Of a stretch of DNA of 64,000 nt, positions 1-10,882 are shown piece by piece. Below the pieces are notes generated by a model. That model was not told where the DNA came from and ran no database searches. It saw nothing but the letters and a program-made list of their open reading frames with translations. This DNA is from Limnothrix sp. BL-A-16 (lineage in GTDB: Bacteria > Cyanobacteriota > Cyanobacteriia > CACIAM-69d), in assembly GCA_041937175.2 (NCBI GenBank), contig CP166615.1, positions 2,112,001 to 2,176,000 on the forward strand, given 5' to 3'. Every line of letters begins with the position of its first letter. Within the stretch, counting starts at the first letter, position 1. A program made the translations under genes and the position numbers.

Positions 1-338
1 CGCAATGCCAAGGGACAACCCGTGGAAAATCCGATCACCACCACCTGGGTATGGGACTGAGCCAGGCGATCGAACGCGGTCTCCGCCGCCTGATACCAAT
101 CTTCCCAGCGGGAATTGGGCATTTTCGGGCCCGGTTGGTCATGGCCCGGATAGGCGATCGCCTCCACTGTCCATCCCAAATTCAACAACAATGGTGCTAA
201 CGGCCGCATTTCATAGGGCCCGCCCCCCAAACCATGCAAACAGAGCACCGCCCGCGAGCGATCGGGTGTGGCAACCACTTGAAAGGGCTGATTATCTAAC
301 GTTGCGAACGAAAAGGGGAAACCCGACTGATTCGACAT
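1..338 (-). CDS. alpha/beta-hydrolase carboxylesterase, N-terminal part (runs off window start)
   Basis: Absent from the ORF track. Manual translation from ATG 338 gives MSNQSGFPF...VLCLHGLGGGPYEM...YPGHD...RWEDWY...VVVIGFSTG, with HG oxyanion and GxSxG nucleophile motifs. Confidence 0.85.
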   Translation of the reverse strand, partial: MSNQSGFPFSFATLDNQPFQVVATPDRSRAVLCLHGLGGGPYEMRPLAPLLLNLGWTVEAIAYPGHDQPGPKMPNSRWEDWYQAAETAFDRLAQSHTQVVVIGFSTGCPLAL

Positions 339-1768
339 GGCTGAAGTTTGATCGTTAGCAGCAGTCTTGAACTATTATTCTCGGGGCTGATGAACTTTTG
401 TCCTCAAGCTCTTCCAAAATAGTCTGCCGCAAAATTAGGTCGCCTCTCCGCAGCAGCAACTGACCCGCCACCCAAACCTTGTCAATCCCCAAAACCCAAT
501 CAAAGCTCCAGGAATTTCTAGATTGAGGCATTGTCGGATTAAGTTTTGATCAAATATCCAATAAAACTTAAATAAAAACCGAATCAAGGCTTGATCAATA
601 TCCAGTTCAACTAATGTTGAATCAATCTTCAGTTAATTTGGAGTAGATTTTTCAGCAATCTTTAATCAATTTTAAGGCAATTTTAAAACAGACTTGAGAC
701 AATTTCAATTTACGAAATTCCATTACAAAATCAATCAAATCTTGATTGAATATCATCATAAATCCTATAGATTTCAAATAAAGATCTAATAAAAGCTCAA
801 TGAAAATTATACGAAAACAAAAAAGTATTATAATTGCGTTACTATAAAAGATTAAGCTGGAACATCAAAATCAGATAGATTTCTTCGAGATTTTTGTTGA
901 TCTCAGTGTTTTTTCCTGAAATAGTCAAGATTTTTTGCTGATCTTACTTAAGATCCCTCTAGCCATGAGCCATCCAAAGTCATGATCCCAACCGATCGAC
1001 CATGGCCCTTGAATTGAGATCGTAACGCTCCGCTACAAAGAAGACAATCCTGATTGGAGACTGAATAAACAGAAGATCTATTTCAGCCTATTAACCATGA
1101 TCATTAAAAGATTCACAGGGTTTTAGACTAGGCTTTGGAGGACAGGACGACACCCTAAGATACTTTCGCGTTGAAAAGTGGCTTAGGTGTGACCTGTCTG
1201 TAATGGACTGACCCGATCAAATAATCAAATGGTCGCTTTTGGTGTGGGGGAAGCGACTTGGGATGGGTTGGAGGCTCTTGGCGGGAACATTTAGAGGAGC
1301 GTGGCGTAAATCAACGTAAATCAAGGGGTTAACGAAAGGAACGATCGCGCGGCCGCCTTTTCTTGAATTGGGTTTGTCGATTACGATCGCATCAAAATCG
1401 TTACTCTCAAACCACCATTACCCTCACCCAGCCCCAGTGCCACCCTAAGACACCGGTTTCGTTAGCCGGGCCCAAACTCGCCATCTCGACCCTGGAGAGG
1501 CGACTGGCTCCCAGCTAGCCATCACAAACACTAGACAGCCTTTGATCCATCATTTCCATGGCTCAAAACCCATTCGCTATTCTGCGCCCGCAGGCACTGT
1601 GCTGAGGTTTCAGCAATCCCCTTTCGTTAGGATCACCATCGAACGCTCATCAAGGTTGGGCGGTGGCTGCTGTCATGATGTCGTCAGGCGATCGCCCGCT
1701 AATGCTCAAAACAGAACCAATTTGAGCAGTTTAATCAAACGTTTAACTCAATGAAGACTGGGTAGGAT

Positions 1769-4090
1769 GTGATCGATCGAATGGAGGCGGAAGTCGAGCT
1801 ACAGCGTCAATACTGGCGATCGAAACTGTTCGCAGAAATCGCCCTCAAAATTCACCAGTCATCACGGGTGGATACGATCCTGCAAACCATGGTCACGGAA
1901 GTGCAGCGGATGTTGCAGTGCGATCGGGTCTTGGTTTACCAATTCGATGCACAGCGGCAAGGCTCCTTTGTGGTGGAGGCTACTGGCAATGGCCCCTATT
2001 CCCTGTTGGGCAAAACCATTTCTGACCCCTGCTTCACGACCCACTATCACCAGAAATATCTTGAAGGGCGCACCTCGGCCATTGACGACGTGGAAACCGC
2101 CCGGATTTCGGTTTGCCATCGCCAACTGCTGCGCCAGTTCGGCGTGCAGGCCAATTTGGTCGTACCGATTTTGCAGCCGGTGATTGAGCCAGATCGCTCT
2201 CAAAACCAATTGTGGGGACTGCTGTTGGCTCACCATTGCCAGGGGCCGCGCCAGTGGCAACCCTTTGAGCAAGACCTGTTGCAACAAATTGCGGTGCAGG
2301 CGGGGGTGGCCTTGGGGCAATTCCAATTGGTGTCGGCTTTGCGGGAAAGTGAGGCGCGGTACGCCTTAGCTGTGCGGGGGGCCAATGACGGGCTATGGGA
2401 TTGGGATTTTTTGACCAATCGGGTTTATTTTTCGCCCCGCTGGAAGGCATTGTTGGGCTACCGCGATTCGGAGGTGGGTGACCAGCCCCAAGAATGGCTT
2501 GATCGGGTTTATGTGGATGATCAAGCCCAATTGCGAGCGGAGCTAGATGCCCACTTGCAGGGCCGCAGTGACCACTTTGAAAGTGAGCACCGCATTCGCC
2601 ATGCGGATGGTTCCGTGCGCTGGGTGCTCTGTCGGGGGTTGGCAATTCGGGATGGGCGGGGCCATGTGTTGCGGATGGCGGGATCGCTGGCGGATATCCA
2701 TGAGCGCAAGTTGGTGGAGTCGCGGTTGCTGCATGATGCGCTCCATGATGCCCTGACGGGGCTGCCCAATCGGGCCCTGTTTATCGATCGGTTGGGTCAA
2801 ACCATGGCGATCGCCCGTCGCCAACGCAATCACCATTTTGCGGTGCTGTTTTTAGATCTCGATCGCTTCAAGGTGGTGAACGATAGTTTGGGTCACCTCT
2901 GTGGCGATCGGCTCTTGGTGGAACTGGCGAACCGGTTGCGCACCTGTGTGCGGCCCCAGGATACGGTGGCGCGGCTGGGGGGCGATGAATTTGCCATTTT
3001 GCTGACGGATTTGGATCAGCCGGAAATTGCCACCCGCGCCGCCGAGCGAGTGCAGTTGGCCCTGAAGGCTCCCTTTGATGTGGATGGCCACGAATTCACG
3101 ATCACCACCAGTATTGGCATTGCTTTTGGCACGCCGGAATATGCCCGGCCGGGGGATGTGCTGCGGGATGCGGATTTGGCCATGTATCGGGCGAAGGAGT
3201 TGGGCCGCAATTGCTACGCGGCGTTCGATCGCTCCTTCCGCGAGCGGGTGATTGCGCAACTGCACCTGGAGCGCGATTTGCGCCGGGCCATGGAGCGGCA
3301 AGAATTTTTCCTGACCTATCAACCAATCGTGGATTTGGCCACGGGCCGGGTTGCCAGCCTGGAGGCCCTGGTGCGTTGGCATCATCCCGATCGGGGGTTG
3401 GTGAGTCCGGCGGAATTTATCCCCATGGCTGAAGAAACCGGCACGATTATTCCCCTGGGCGAATGGATTTTGCGGGAAGCTTGCCAGCAAATGATGGTTT
3501 GGTTACAGGCCATTCCCAGCCTGCGATCGGCCCATGGGTGGGCCGGGCTAAGTGTGAGTGTGAACCTGTCGGCGCGGCAGTTTACCCAGCCCAATTTGGC
3601 CCAGTCCATTGAAGGCATTGTGGCGGAAACGGGACTGCCTCCGCAGCACCTGAAGTTGGAAATTACCGAAAGCGTGGTGATGGCGGATGCCAAAACGGCG
3701 GAGGCCCTGTTGCGGAAACTGCGCGATCGGGGCATTCAACTGAGTATTGATGACTTTGGCACGGGCTATTCATCCCTCAGCTATTTGCAACGCTTCCCGA
3801 TCGACACGATCAAGATCGATCGCTCCTTTGTCACCCGCAGCCCAGACCAGGAGAGCAATTGGGCCATTGTCCGGGCAATAATTGCCCTGGCGGAATCCCT
3901 GGGGATGGATACGGTGGCGGAAGGGATTGAGACGATCGAGCAGTTGCGACAGTTGCAATCGATGGACTGTTCCTATGGTCAAGGCTATTGGTTTTCCCGC
4001 CCGATCGATGGAGAAGCGACGGGGCAATTGCTGCTGAAAACTTTTGAGTTACCCCGATTGCCCTTGGCCTTGCGGGGCGACGATCGCTAG
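1769..4090 (+). CDS. cyanobacteriochrome GAF-PAS-GGDEF-EAL diguanylate cyclase/phosphodiesterase
   Basis: GAF with DPCF and CH motifs; PAS (NDGLWDW); RLGGDEF; EALVRW; DDFGTGYSSL. Confidence 0.92.
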   Translation: MIDRMEAEVELQRQYWRSKLFAEIALKIHQSSRVDTILQTMVTEVQRMLQCDRVLVYQFDAQRQGSFVVEATGNGPYSLLGKTISDPCFTTHYHQKYLEGRTSAIDDVETARISVCHRQLLRQFGVQANLVVPILQPVIEPDRSQNQLWGLLLAHHCQGPRQWQPFEQDLLQQIAVQAGVALGQFQLVSALRESEARYALAVRGANDGLWDWDFLTNRVYFSPRWKALLGYRDSEVGDQPQEWLDRVYVDDQAQLRAELDAHLQGRSDHFESEHRIRHADGSVRWVLCRGLAIRDGRGHVLRMAGSLADIHERKLVESRLLHDALHDALTGLPNRALFIDRLGQTMAIARRQRNHHFAVLFLDLDRFKVVNDSLGHLCGDRLLVELANRLRTCVRPQDTVARLGGDEFAILLTDLDQPEIATRAAERVQLALKAPFDVDGHEFTITTSIGIAFGTPEYARPGDVLRDADLAMYRAKELGRNCYAAFDRSFRERVIAQLHLERDLRRAMERQEFFLTYQPIVDLATGRVASLEALVRWHHPDRGLVSPAEFIPMAEETGTIIPLGEWILREACQQMMVWLQAIPSLRSAHGWAGLSVSVNLSARQFTQPNLAQSIEGIVAETGLPPQHLKLEITESVVMADAKTAEALLRKLRDRGIQLSIDDFGTGYSSLSYLQRFPIDTIKIDRSFVTRSPDQESNWAIVRAIIALAESLGMDTVAEGIETIEQLRQLQSMDCSYGQGYWFSRPIDGEATGQLLLKTFELPRLPLALRGDDR

Positions 4091-4234
4091 ACCCCAAAAC
4101 TAGACCCCAAGACTCAACCGGGCCCTGCTCCTCGATGGGAATCCGAGCTGGGGATCCGATTCGCTGAGCGACGGGTTCAAGATAAGCATCACCCGCCCCA
4201 TCGGCCCCTTGGCTAACATGCTGGGCGCAATTGC

Positions 4235-5194
4235 CTAGCTCAAGAGTTCCAAAGTGCCCGCCTCCCCATCCAACCGGGCCAACGTGCCCACGGGCAAGGC
4301 CGCATTCGGGGGTTCATGGCCAAAGGGCAACCCGGAAACGATCGGGAGGCCCAAATCTCCCAGCCGATCGCGCAGCACTTCCGCCATGGAGCAACTGGGC
4401 CGGTTGGGCGGCGGGTCGCAGGCGGTGAAATGGCCGATCGCGATGCCCCCGATCGCCCGCAATAGCCCGCTCAAACGCCACTGGGTCAACAGCCGATCGA
4501 TTCGGTAGGGATATTCCGTCACGTCCTCGATCGCCAAAATCGCCCCTTCTAAAGCGGGCTGCAACGGTGTATTGAGCAGATTGGCAATCACCGTCAGGTT
4601 CCCCGGAAACAGGCGACCCACCACGGCCCCGCCGCCCCAACCCTGGCCTTGAAGCGGCTCCAAGGGCTGACCGGCCAACAAATTAAACAGGCGATCGACC
4701 GTCCAGGCCGGTTCCTGTCCCAAGGTGGCAAGCAAAGGCCCATGCACACTCGCCACCCCTTGCCGGGCCAAACTCCACAACAGGGCCGTAATGTCCGAAA
4801 ACCCAACCAACCACAGGGGCGATCGCCCTTGATCCACCATTAACGCCGCTCCCCGACCGGCAAACAGCGGCCAATCCCAATTCTCCAGCAATCGAGCCGA
4901 ACCATAGCCCCCGCGCGCACAGACGATCGCTCGACAACCGGGATCCGCCAAGGCCGCCGCCAGTTGCGATCGGCGTTGGGCATCAGTGCCCGCCAAAAAT
5001 CCCGTTTGTGCATCCCAACCGGCGGCAAACTGCACCCGAAAGCCCCGGTCTTGCCAAATTTCCACCCCCCGGGCGATCGCCGCCGAATCCAAAACCGGCC
5101 CGCTGGGGGCAATCACCCACACCCGATCGCCCGGCTCCAGCGGCATCGGAAATTGTGTGGCCCTTGGGCCGCCAAATGCCTGCATTCTCTTCAT
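4235..5194 (-). CDS. ldcA: LD-carboxypeptidase (peptidase S66)
   Basis: IAPS, RGGYG, GFSDIT, EDVTE and PFGH motifs. Confidence 0.88.
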   Translation of the reverse strand: MKRMQAFGGPRATQFPMPLEPGDRVWVIAPSGPVLDSAAIARGVEIWQDRGFRVQFAAGWDAQTGFLAGTDAQRRSQLAAALADPGCRAIVCARGGYGSARLLENWDWPLFAGRGAALMVDQGRSPLWLVGFSDITALLWSLARQGVASVHGPLLATLGQEPAWTVDRLFNLLAGQPLEPLQGQGWGGGAVVGRLFPGNLTVIANLLNTPLQPALEGAILAIEDVTEYPYRIDRLLTQWRLSGLLRAIGGIAIGHFTACDPPPNRPSCSMAEVLRDRLGDLGLPIVSGLPFGHEPPNAALPVGTLARLDGEAGTLELLS

Positions 5195-5475
5195 TTCTCC
5201 CCAAACGCTTCAACCTGCTGACGACTAGACCGGCTGGCGGCGACGATCGCACAACCCTTGACCAGCGGGGCGATCGCGCTGTTACACCCACCGAGCGATT
5301 TCGTCCACACCCATCCTGAGTCGGAAATCCGCATAATCGTTAATAGCAGCCATGGCGACGGACTGGAAGCCATTGCGTTAACATTAGTTAACAACCAGTT
5401 AATTTTTGAGCTACGGCAAGTACAGCCCTGGCATAACAAACGCCCTGGCAGAACGCCTTTTAGGAGGATGCACCA

Positions 5476-7314
5476 GTGAATAAACGGTGGAGAAATGCCG
5501 GACTCTATGCCCTGTTGGCGATCGTAATCATCGCCCTGGGTACAGCGTTCTTCGATCGACAGCCCCAAACCCGCGAAACCTGGCGCTACAGCCAATTCGT
5601 GCAGGAAGTACAAGCCAAGAAGGTCGATCGGGTGCGGATTAGCGCCGATCGCTCCCGGGCCTTGGCCACCACCGAAGACGGCAGCACCGTGTTGGTGAAC
5701 CTGCCCAACGATCCGGAAATCATCAATATCCTGACCAGCAACAACGTTGATATTTCCGTGCAACCGCCCAGCGACGAAGGCTTCTGGTTCCGGGCCCTGA
5801 GCAGCCTGTTCCTGCCGATTCTGCTGCTGGTGGGTCTGTTCTTCCTGTTGCGGCGGGCCCAAGGTGGCGCGGGCAACCCGGCCATGAACTTTGGCAAATC
5901 GCGGGCCCGGGTGCAAATGGAACCCCAAACCCAAATCACCTTCAACGACGTGGCGGGCATTGAGCAAGCCAAGTTGGAGCTGACGGAAGTGGTGGACTTC
6001 CTGAAAAATGCCGATCGCTTCACCGCCGTGGGTGCAAAGATTCCCAAGGGCGTGCTGCTGGTGGGCCCTCCGGGAACCGGTAAAACCCTGCTGGCGCGGG
6101 CGGTGGCTGGCGAAGCGGGCGTGCCTTTCTTCAGCATCTCCGGTTCGGAATTTGTGGAAATGTTTGTGGGTGTGGGGGCTTCCCGCGTGCGCGACCTGTT
6201 TGAGCAGGCCAAGCAAAATGCCCCTTGCATTGTGTTCATCGATGAAATCGACGCGGTGGGTCGTCAGCGGGGCGCAGGTCTCGGCGGCGGCAACGACGAG
6301 CGCGAACAAACCCTGAACCAACTGCTGACCGAAATGGACGGCTTCGAGGGCAACACGGGGATCATCGTGATCGCGGCCACCAACCGCCCCGATGTGTTGG
6401 ATGCGGCGCTGATGCGTCCCGGCCGGTTCGATCGCCAAGTGGTGGTCGATCGCCCCGACTTCAACGGCCGCCTAGAAATTCTGGGTGTCCACTCGCGCGG
6501 CAAGTCCCTCTCGAAGGATATGGATCTGGAGCGGATTGCTCGCCGTACCCCCGGCTTTACCGGTGCGGATTTGTCAAACTTGCTGAACGAAGCGGCAATT
6601 TTGGCTGCCCGTCGCAATTTGACGGAAATCTCGATGGACGAAATCAACGACGCGATCGACCGGATTTTGGCCGGCCCCGAAAAGAAAGATCGCGTGATGA
6701 GCGAAAAGCGCAAGACCCTGGTGGCCTACCACGAAGCCGGTCACGCCCTGGTGGGTGCGCTGATGCCCGACTACGACCCGGTGCAAAAAATCAGCATCAT
6801 CCCGCGCGGCCAAGCCGGCGGCTTGACCTGGTTTGCGCCCAGTGAAGATCGGATGGATTCGGGTCTCTATTCCCGCTCCTATCTGGAAAATCAAATGGCG
6901 GTGGCCCTGGGCGGCCGCTTGGCGGAAGAAATCATCTTTGGCGAAGAGGAAGTGACCACGGGCGCTTCCAACGACCTGCAACAGGTGACCCGCGTGGCTC
7001 GCCAGATGGTGACCCGCTTTGGCATGAGCGATCGCCTGGGCCCGGTGGCCCTGGGTCGCCAGCAAGGCAACATGTTCCTGGGGCGCGACATTGCCTCCGA
7101 GCGCGACTTCTCGGAAGAGACGGCCGCCGCGATCGATGAGGAAGTCCGCAACCTGGTGGATCAAGCCTACCGCCGCGCCAAGCAAGTGCTGCAAGAAAAC
7201 CGCGCCGTGCTCGATCGCCTGGCCCAAATGCTGGTGGAAAAAGAAACCGTTGATGCCCAGGAATTGCAAGACCTGCTGAACGAAAGCGATGTGAAAATGG
7301 CCGCGATCGCCTAG
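5476..7314 (+). CDS. ftsH: ATP-dependent zinc metalloprotease FtsH (FtsH3-like)
   Basis: Two TM segments, [34 protein letters not shown]-terminus typical of cyanobacterial FtsH3. Confidence 0.97.
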   Translation: MNKRWRNAGLYALLAIVIIALGTAFFDRQPQTRETWRYSQFVQEVQAKKVDRVRISADRSRALATTEDGSTVLVNLPNDPEIINILTSNNVDISVQPPSDEGFWFRALSSLFLPILLLVGLFFLLRRAQGGAGNPAMNFGKSRARVQMEPQTQITFNDVAGIEQAKLELTEVVDFLKNADRFTAVGAKIPKGVLLVGPPGTGKTLLARAVAGEAGVPFFSISGSEFVEMFVGVGASRVRDLFEQAKQNAPCIVFIDEIDAVGRQRGAGLGGGNDEREQTLNQLLTEMDGFEGNTGIIVIAATNRPDVLDAALMRPGRFDRQVVVDRPDFNGRLEILGVHSRGKSLSKDMDLERIARRTPGFTGADLSNLLNEAAILAARRNLTEISMDEINDAIDRILAGPEKKDRVMSEKRKTLVAYHEAGHALVGALMPDYDPVQKISIIPRGQAGGLTWFAPSEDRMDSGLYSRSYLENQMAVALGGRLAEEIIFGEEEVTTGASNDLQQVTRVARQMVTRFGMSDRLGPVALGRQQGNMFLGRDIASERDFSEETAAAIDEEVRNLVDQAYRRAKQVLQENRAVLDRLAQMLVEKETVDAQELQDLLNESDVKMAAIA

Positions 7315-7446
7315 ATTGCCCATTGCCTTTGAGCATCACAATTCAAGGGGGGTGATCACAGGAAATCGACCTTGAAATCACCCCCAACGCTCAGAATCAG
7401 TGTTAGACTTCATGGCCTGAATTCAGCAAAGCTTTCATCTTCAAGC

Positions 7447-7484
7447 AAAATCCCCCACAGTCGATCGATTGCGGGGGATTTTTT
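7447..7484. terminator. bidirectional intrinsic terminator between convergent ftsH and msrB
   Basis: AAAATCCCCC...GGGGGATTTTTT inverted repeat with A and T tails. Confidence 0.7.
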
Positions 7485-7587
7485 CTTGGCTCAAAATGGG
7501 CTCGAGCCAGTTCTCGAAAAATTCGGTCAATCCTTCAGCGCCCCCTCAGCAGCCATTGAGCAAAAACTGATGGCAGCCGATCGCAAC

Positions 7588-7989
7588 TTAAGCCTGATTC
7601 GACTCAAATTTCAAGGAAGCAGAATTCATGCAGTAGCGCAGGCCGGTGGGCGGCGGGCCATCGTCAAACACATGGCCCAAGTGGGCCCCACAGTTGGCGC
7701 AATGCACCTCGGTGCGGGTCATCCAGAGGGCGCGATCGACCTGAGTTTCAATATTCTCCGGGGCGATCGGCTGCCAAAAACTGGGCCAACCGGTTCCCGA
7801 ATCGTATTTGGTATCTGAAATAAAAAGGGGCGTTCCACAGCAAACGCAGTTGTAGGTTCCGGGAGCCTTGTTATCCCAATGTTCTCCCGTGAACGCGCGT
7901 TCCGTGCCATGTTTGCGCGTCACTTGAAACTGTTCCGGAGTCAGTTGCGATTGCCATTCAGCATCGGTTTTTTGAATCTTAAAAGCCAT
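7588..7989 (-). CDS. msrB: peptide-methionine (R)-S-oxide reductase
   Basis: [26 protein letters not shown]. Confidence 0.97.
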   Translation of the reverse strand: MAFKIQKTDAEWQSQLTPEQFQVTRKHGTERAFTGEHWDNKAPGTYNCVCCGTPLFISDTKYDSGTGWPSFWQPIAPENIETQVDRALWMTRTEVHCANCGAHLGHVFDDGPPPTGLRYCMNSASLKFESNQA

Positions 7990-8162
7990 GATCAAGAACG
8001 AAATGGGGGGTTAAAAACGGCGGCTGTTTTGCGCCAGAAATCTCTTCTATTGTGACAGATTTCTCGGGGTGAGCTGACTTGATCGAAAAAGCCAAACCTC
8101 AAGTCTGAAATTTCAGAGGAATTAGGTTTTTGGGATCAACACCTGGGGCCATTTAACCGTTC

Positions 8163-8942
8163 CTAAAGGGTGGGCGCGCTGCGGAACATCAGCCAGGACA
8201 GAAAGAAATTCACAACCAAAATCGCTAGCAAAGAGGTGACTACGGCGGAGGTGGTGGCTTGGCCCACGCCCTTGGCCCCGCCGCTGGTGGTCAGTCCCCA
8301 GCCACAGCCGATCGCGGCGATTAGCCCCCCGAAACAAGCGCCTTTGATGGCGGCGCAAAACAGATCCCGCACTTCCAAAAAGGTTTTCACGGAATCAAGA
8401 AATTCATAGTGGGTGATGCCAAAGCCCAGTTCCGAAATGGTCAGTCCCGCCAGCATGGCCGCCAACAGTCCCAATTCCGTGAGCAGGGGCAGCATGGTGC
8501 AACAGGCCAAAACCCGAGGCACAACTAAATAATCGATCGGGTCGGTGCGCAACACGTAGAGTGCATCGATTTGCTCCGTCACGCGCATGGTGCCAATTTC
8601 CGCTGCAAAAGCCGACCCCACCCGCCCGGCCAAAATCACGGCGGCAAAAACCGGCGACAGTTCCCGCGCCATGGCCACGGCCATCACGCCCCCGATCGCG
8701 GAGGTGGCTCCATATTTGATAAATTCGCGGGCTACTTGGATCGTAAACACCGCCCCGATCGACACGCCGGCCAGCAGCACAATGCCCAGGGAGTCGGGCC
8801 CCACCAGGTGCATTTGTTCGATCGTGTTGCGGCGGTGAATTTTGCCACGGCTGAGGTGAACCAGGGTTTGACCACCAATCAGGGCGGCCGCTTGCAAGCG
8901 CTGGGCCCACTGTCCTAATCGAGAATCCGCAAGCTTGGCCAT
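8163..8942 (-). CDS. mlaE: MlaE-family lipid ABC transporter permease
   Basis: RELSPV, AGRVGSAFAAEIGTMRVTEQIDAL, GGAKGVG. Confidence 0.93.
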   Translation of the reverse strand: MAKLADSRLGQWAQRLQAAALIGGQTLVHLSRGKIHRRNTIEQMHLVGPDSLGIVLLAGVSIGAVFTIQVAREFIKYGATSAIGGVMAVAMARELSPVFAAVILAGRVGSAFAAEIGTMRVTEQIDALYVLRTDPIDYLVVPRVLACCTMLPLLTELGLLAAMLAGLTISELGFGITHYEFLDSVKTFLEVRDLFCAAIKGACFGGLIAAIGCGWGLTTSGGAKGVGQATTSAVVTSLLAILVVNFFLSWLMFRSAPTL

Positions 8943-9125
8943 GGGAACGGGCTGGGGAATGGGCGAACTGTTCCTAGTTTAGGGCGACTGTCTGGCTTGG
9001 CCATCGATCGCCCGTTCATGCTGCCATCCGAGCGATCGGCTGGGGGATATTCTCTGCGGCCAAGTGGCCAAGGTGGATCGATTTAGGCCTCCCCAGTCCC
9101 CGAGAAAGATGCCACACTGGGTTCA

Positions 9126-10160
9126 GTGAGCAACGTTCAATTCCTCACACAACCTTCAATCATGACGCTTCACCAACTCAAGCGCATTTTGCAGCTCGAT
9201 GGTTTGTTGCGAGATCCCCAACGACGAAACACCCATGAATCCTTAGCGGCTGCCCTTGATCGTGACAACGCTGTCGATCCGCGCATTATTCGCAAGGACT
9301 TAGGCTTTCTTAAAAAAGATTGTGGCGCACCGATTATCTATAACAGTCGTCGGGGACATCACTACAGCGACCCCGATTGGCAACTGAATCAAATCCTGAT
9401 CACGGAAGGCGATCTGTTGGCGCTGGTGGTGACCGATCGATTGCTGGAAACCTATGCAGATTCACCCTATATCCGGCAGTTGCGATCGGGGTTGCGGCGG
9501 CTGAGTGAGCGGCTGGACAGCAAGGTGGCAATCGAGGCGCGTGAACTGCGCAACGATTACTTCCTATTCCAAAGCAAGGCCGACTTGAACTTGGACTTGG
9601 CGGTGGTGAGTCAGCTAGAGCGGGCTTGTCGGGATGGCTACAGCGCTGAAATAACCTACCACACGGCTAATCGGGATGCGGTGAGCGATCGGGTGGTGGA
9701 TCCCTACGGCATGTTGGTGCAGTACAACGCGCTGCAATTGCTGGCGTTTTGCCACCAGCGCCAGAAGGTGATTACGTTCCGGGTCGATCGCATTTTGCAA
9801 TTACAGGTGCTAGAGCAGCCTTTCCAGGTTCAGCCGGGATTCAGCCTACGCAAGTACATGGCGACGGCGTTTCGCTGGGAGGTGGGCGACACGGCGCGGC
9901 GGGTGGTGGTGGAGTTCGATCGGGCAACGGCTCCTTTTGTGCGCGGGCGGCAGTGGCACAGCACGCAGGACTTGACCAATTTGCCGGGTGGGGGACTGTT
10001 GCTGTCGATGGAGGTCAGCGGCTTACGGGATGTGACCCAGTGGGTGTTGAGCTATGGCAAGGGGGCGATCGCCCGGGAGCCGCCGGAACTGGTCAGGGCG
10101 ATCGCGCGGGAGGTGGAGATCATGCAACGCCAATACGAAACGGAGACCTTTGAACGATGA
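9126..10160 (+). CDS. HTH-WYL(-WCX) transcriptional regulator heading the cas operon
   Basis: N-terminal HTH, R-x-VDPY, FRVDRI, WVLSYG; stop overlaps cas6 start (ATGA). Confidence 0.9.
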   Translation: MSNVQFLTQPSIMTLHQLKRILQLDGLLRDPQRRNTHESLAAALDRDNAVDPRIIRKDLGFLKKDCGAPIIYNSRRGHHYSDPDWQLNQILITEGDLLALVVTDRLLETYADSPYIRQLRSGLRRLSERLDSKVAIEARELRNDYFLFQSKADLNLDLAVVSQLERACRDGYSAEITYHTANRDAVSDRVVDPYGMLVQYNALQLLAFCHQRQKVITFRVDRILQLQVLEQPFQVQPGFSLRKYMATAFRWEVGDTARRVVVEFDRATAPFVRGRQWHSTQDLTNLPGGGLLLSMEVSGLRDVTQWVLSYGKGAIAREPPELVRAIAREVEIMQRQYETETFER

Positions 10161-10882
10161 GCAACATTCTAGAAGTCCAATTTTCCGTCCAAGGGCGGCT
10201 ATTGCCAGCCGATCACGGCTATTCGTTGTACTCAGCAGTTAAGCAGCTCTTGCAAAGTGAAGCACTGCCAGAAAGCTTGATCGCGTCATTCAAAAAACAG
10301 TTTCCTAGCTCAGAGAATTGGAAAACAGAAATTGTTGATTACTTACTTTGTCCAGAGTTACTACTAAGTAGCATTCCTGGAATTTCTGATGGGCATAAAC
10401 GTATCCAGATTTATCAGAGATCGCGATTGCGCTTACGCTGTCCTAGCGATCGGGCTAGCTATTGGTATCGACTCTTGCAAAATCAGGTTTTAAATCTGCG
10501 CAGTCATGATATTCGCCTGATTCAACCACGTTTAATCCTGCCTGAGCCTAGCTCTACGCTACGGGCCAGACTCGTGACGTTCCGCTTAGAAGAATGGGAC
10601 ACTCACAGCGCACCAGTACATTTTTTAGAATCGTGCCGCAAAGCATTTGAGAAGCTGGGAATTTCAGGACAAATTTCCATCGATAACGACGTGGATGGCG
10701 ATTTAGCCCTGCGATCCTTACAAGTCAAGGGAAAACATATTTTGGGCTATGGCGTAATTGTTGAAGATTTGAGTGCTGAAGATTCGATTCTGCTCCAGTC
10801 TATTGGTATTGGTGGGCGAAAGCACTTTGGCTGTGGTTGGTTTTATCCCTCCAGGGAGATTCCTGATGTCGCCTCAATTTAG
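10157..10882 (+). CDS. cas6: Cas6 crRNA endoribonuclease (MYXAN/I-B type)
   Basis: LPADHGYSLYSA N-terminus and C-terminal GIGGRKHFGCGWF glycine loop. Confidence 0.93.
   Translation: MSNILEVQFSVQGRLLPADHGYSLYSAVKQLLQSEALPESLIASFKKQFPSSENWKTEIVDYLLCPELLLSSIPGISDGHKRIQIYQRSRLRLRCPSDRASYWYRLLQNQVLNLRSHDIRLIQPRLILPEPSSTLRARLVTFRLEEWDTHSAPVHFLESCRKAFEKLGISGQISIDNDVDGDLALRSLQVKGKHILGYGVIVEDLSAEDSILLQSIGIGGRKHFGCGWFYPSREIPDVASI

Noticed and set aside
339..1768. Gene or riboswitch in the long AT-rich intergenic region
   Set aside because: No credible ORF or recognisable RNA motif; treated as a divergent promoter region
5191..7339. Long antisense ORFs over ftsH (similar ones over sbp and tldD)
   Set aside because: GC3-biased shadow frames of well-supported genes
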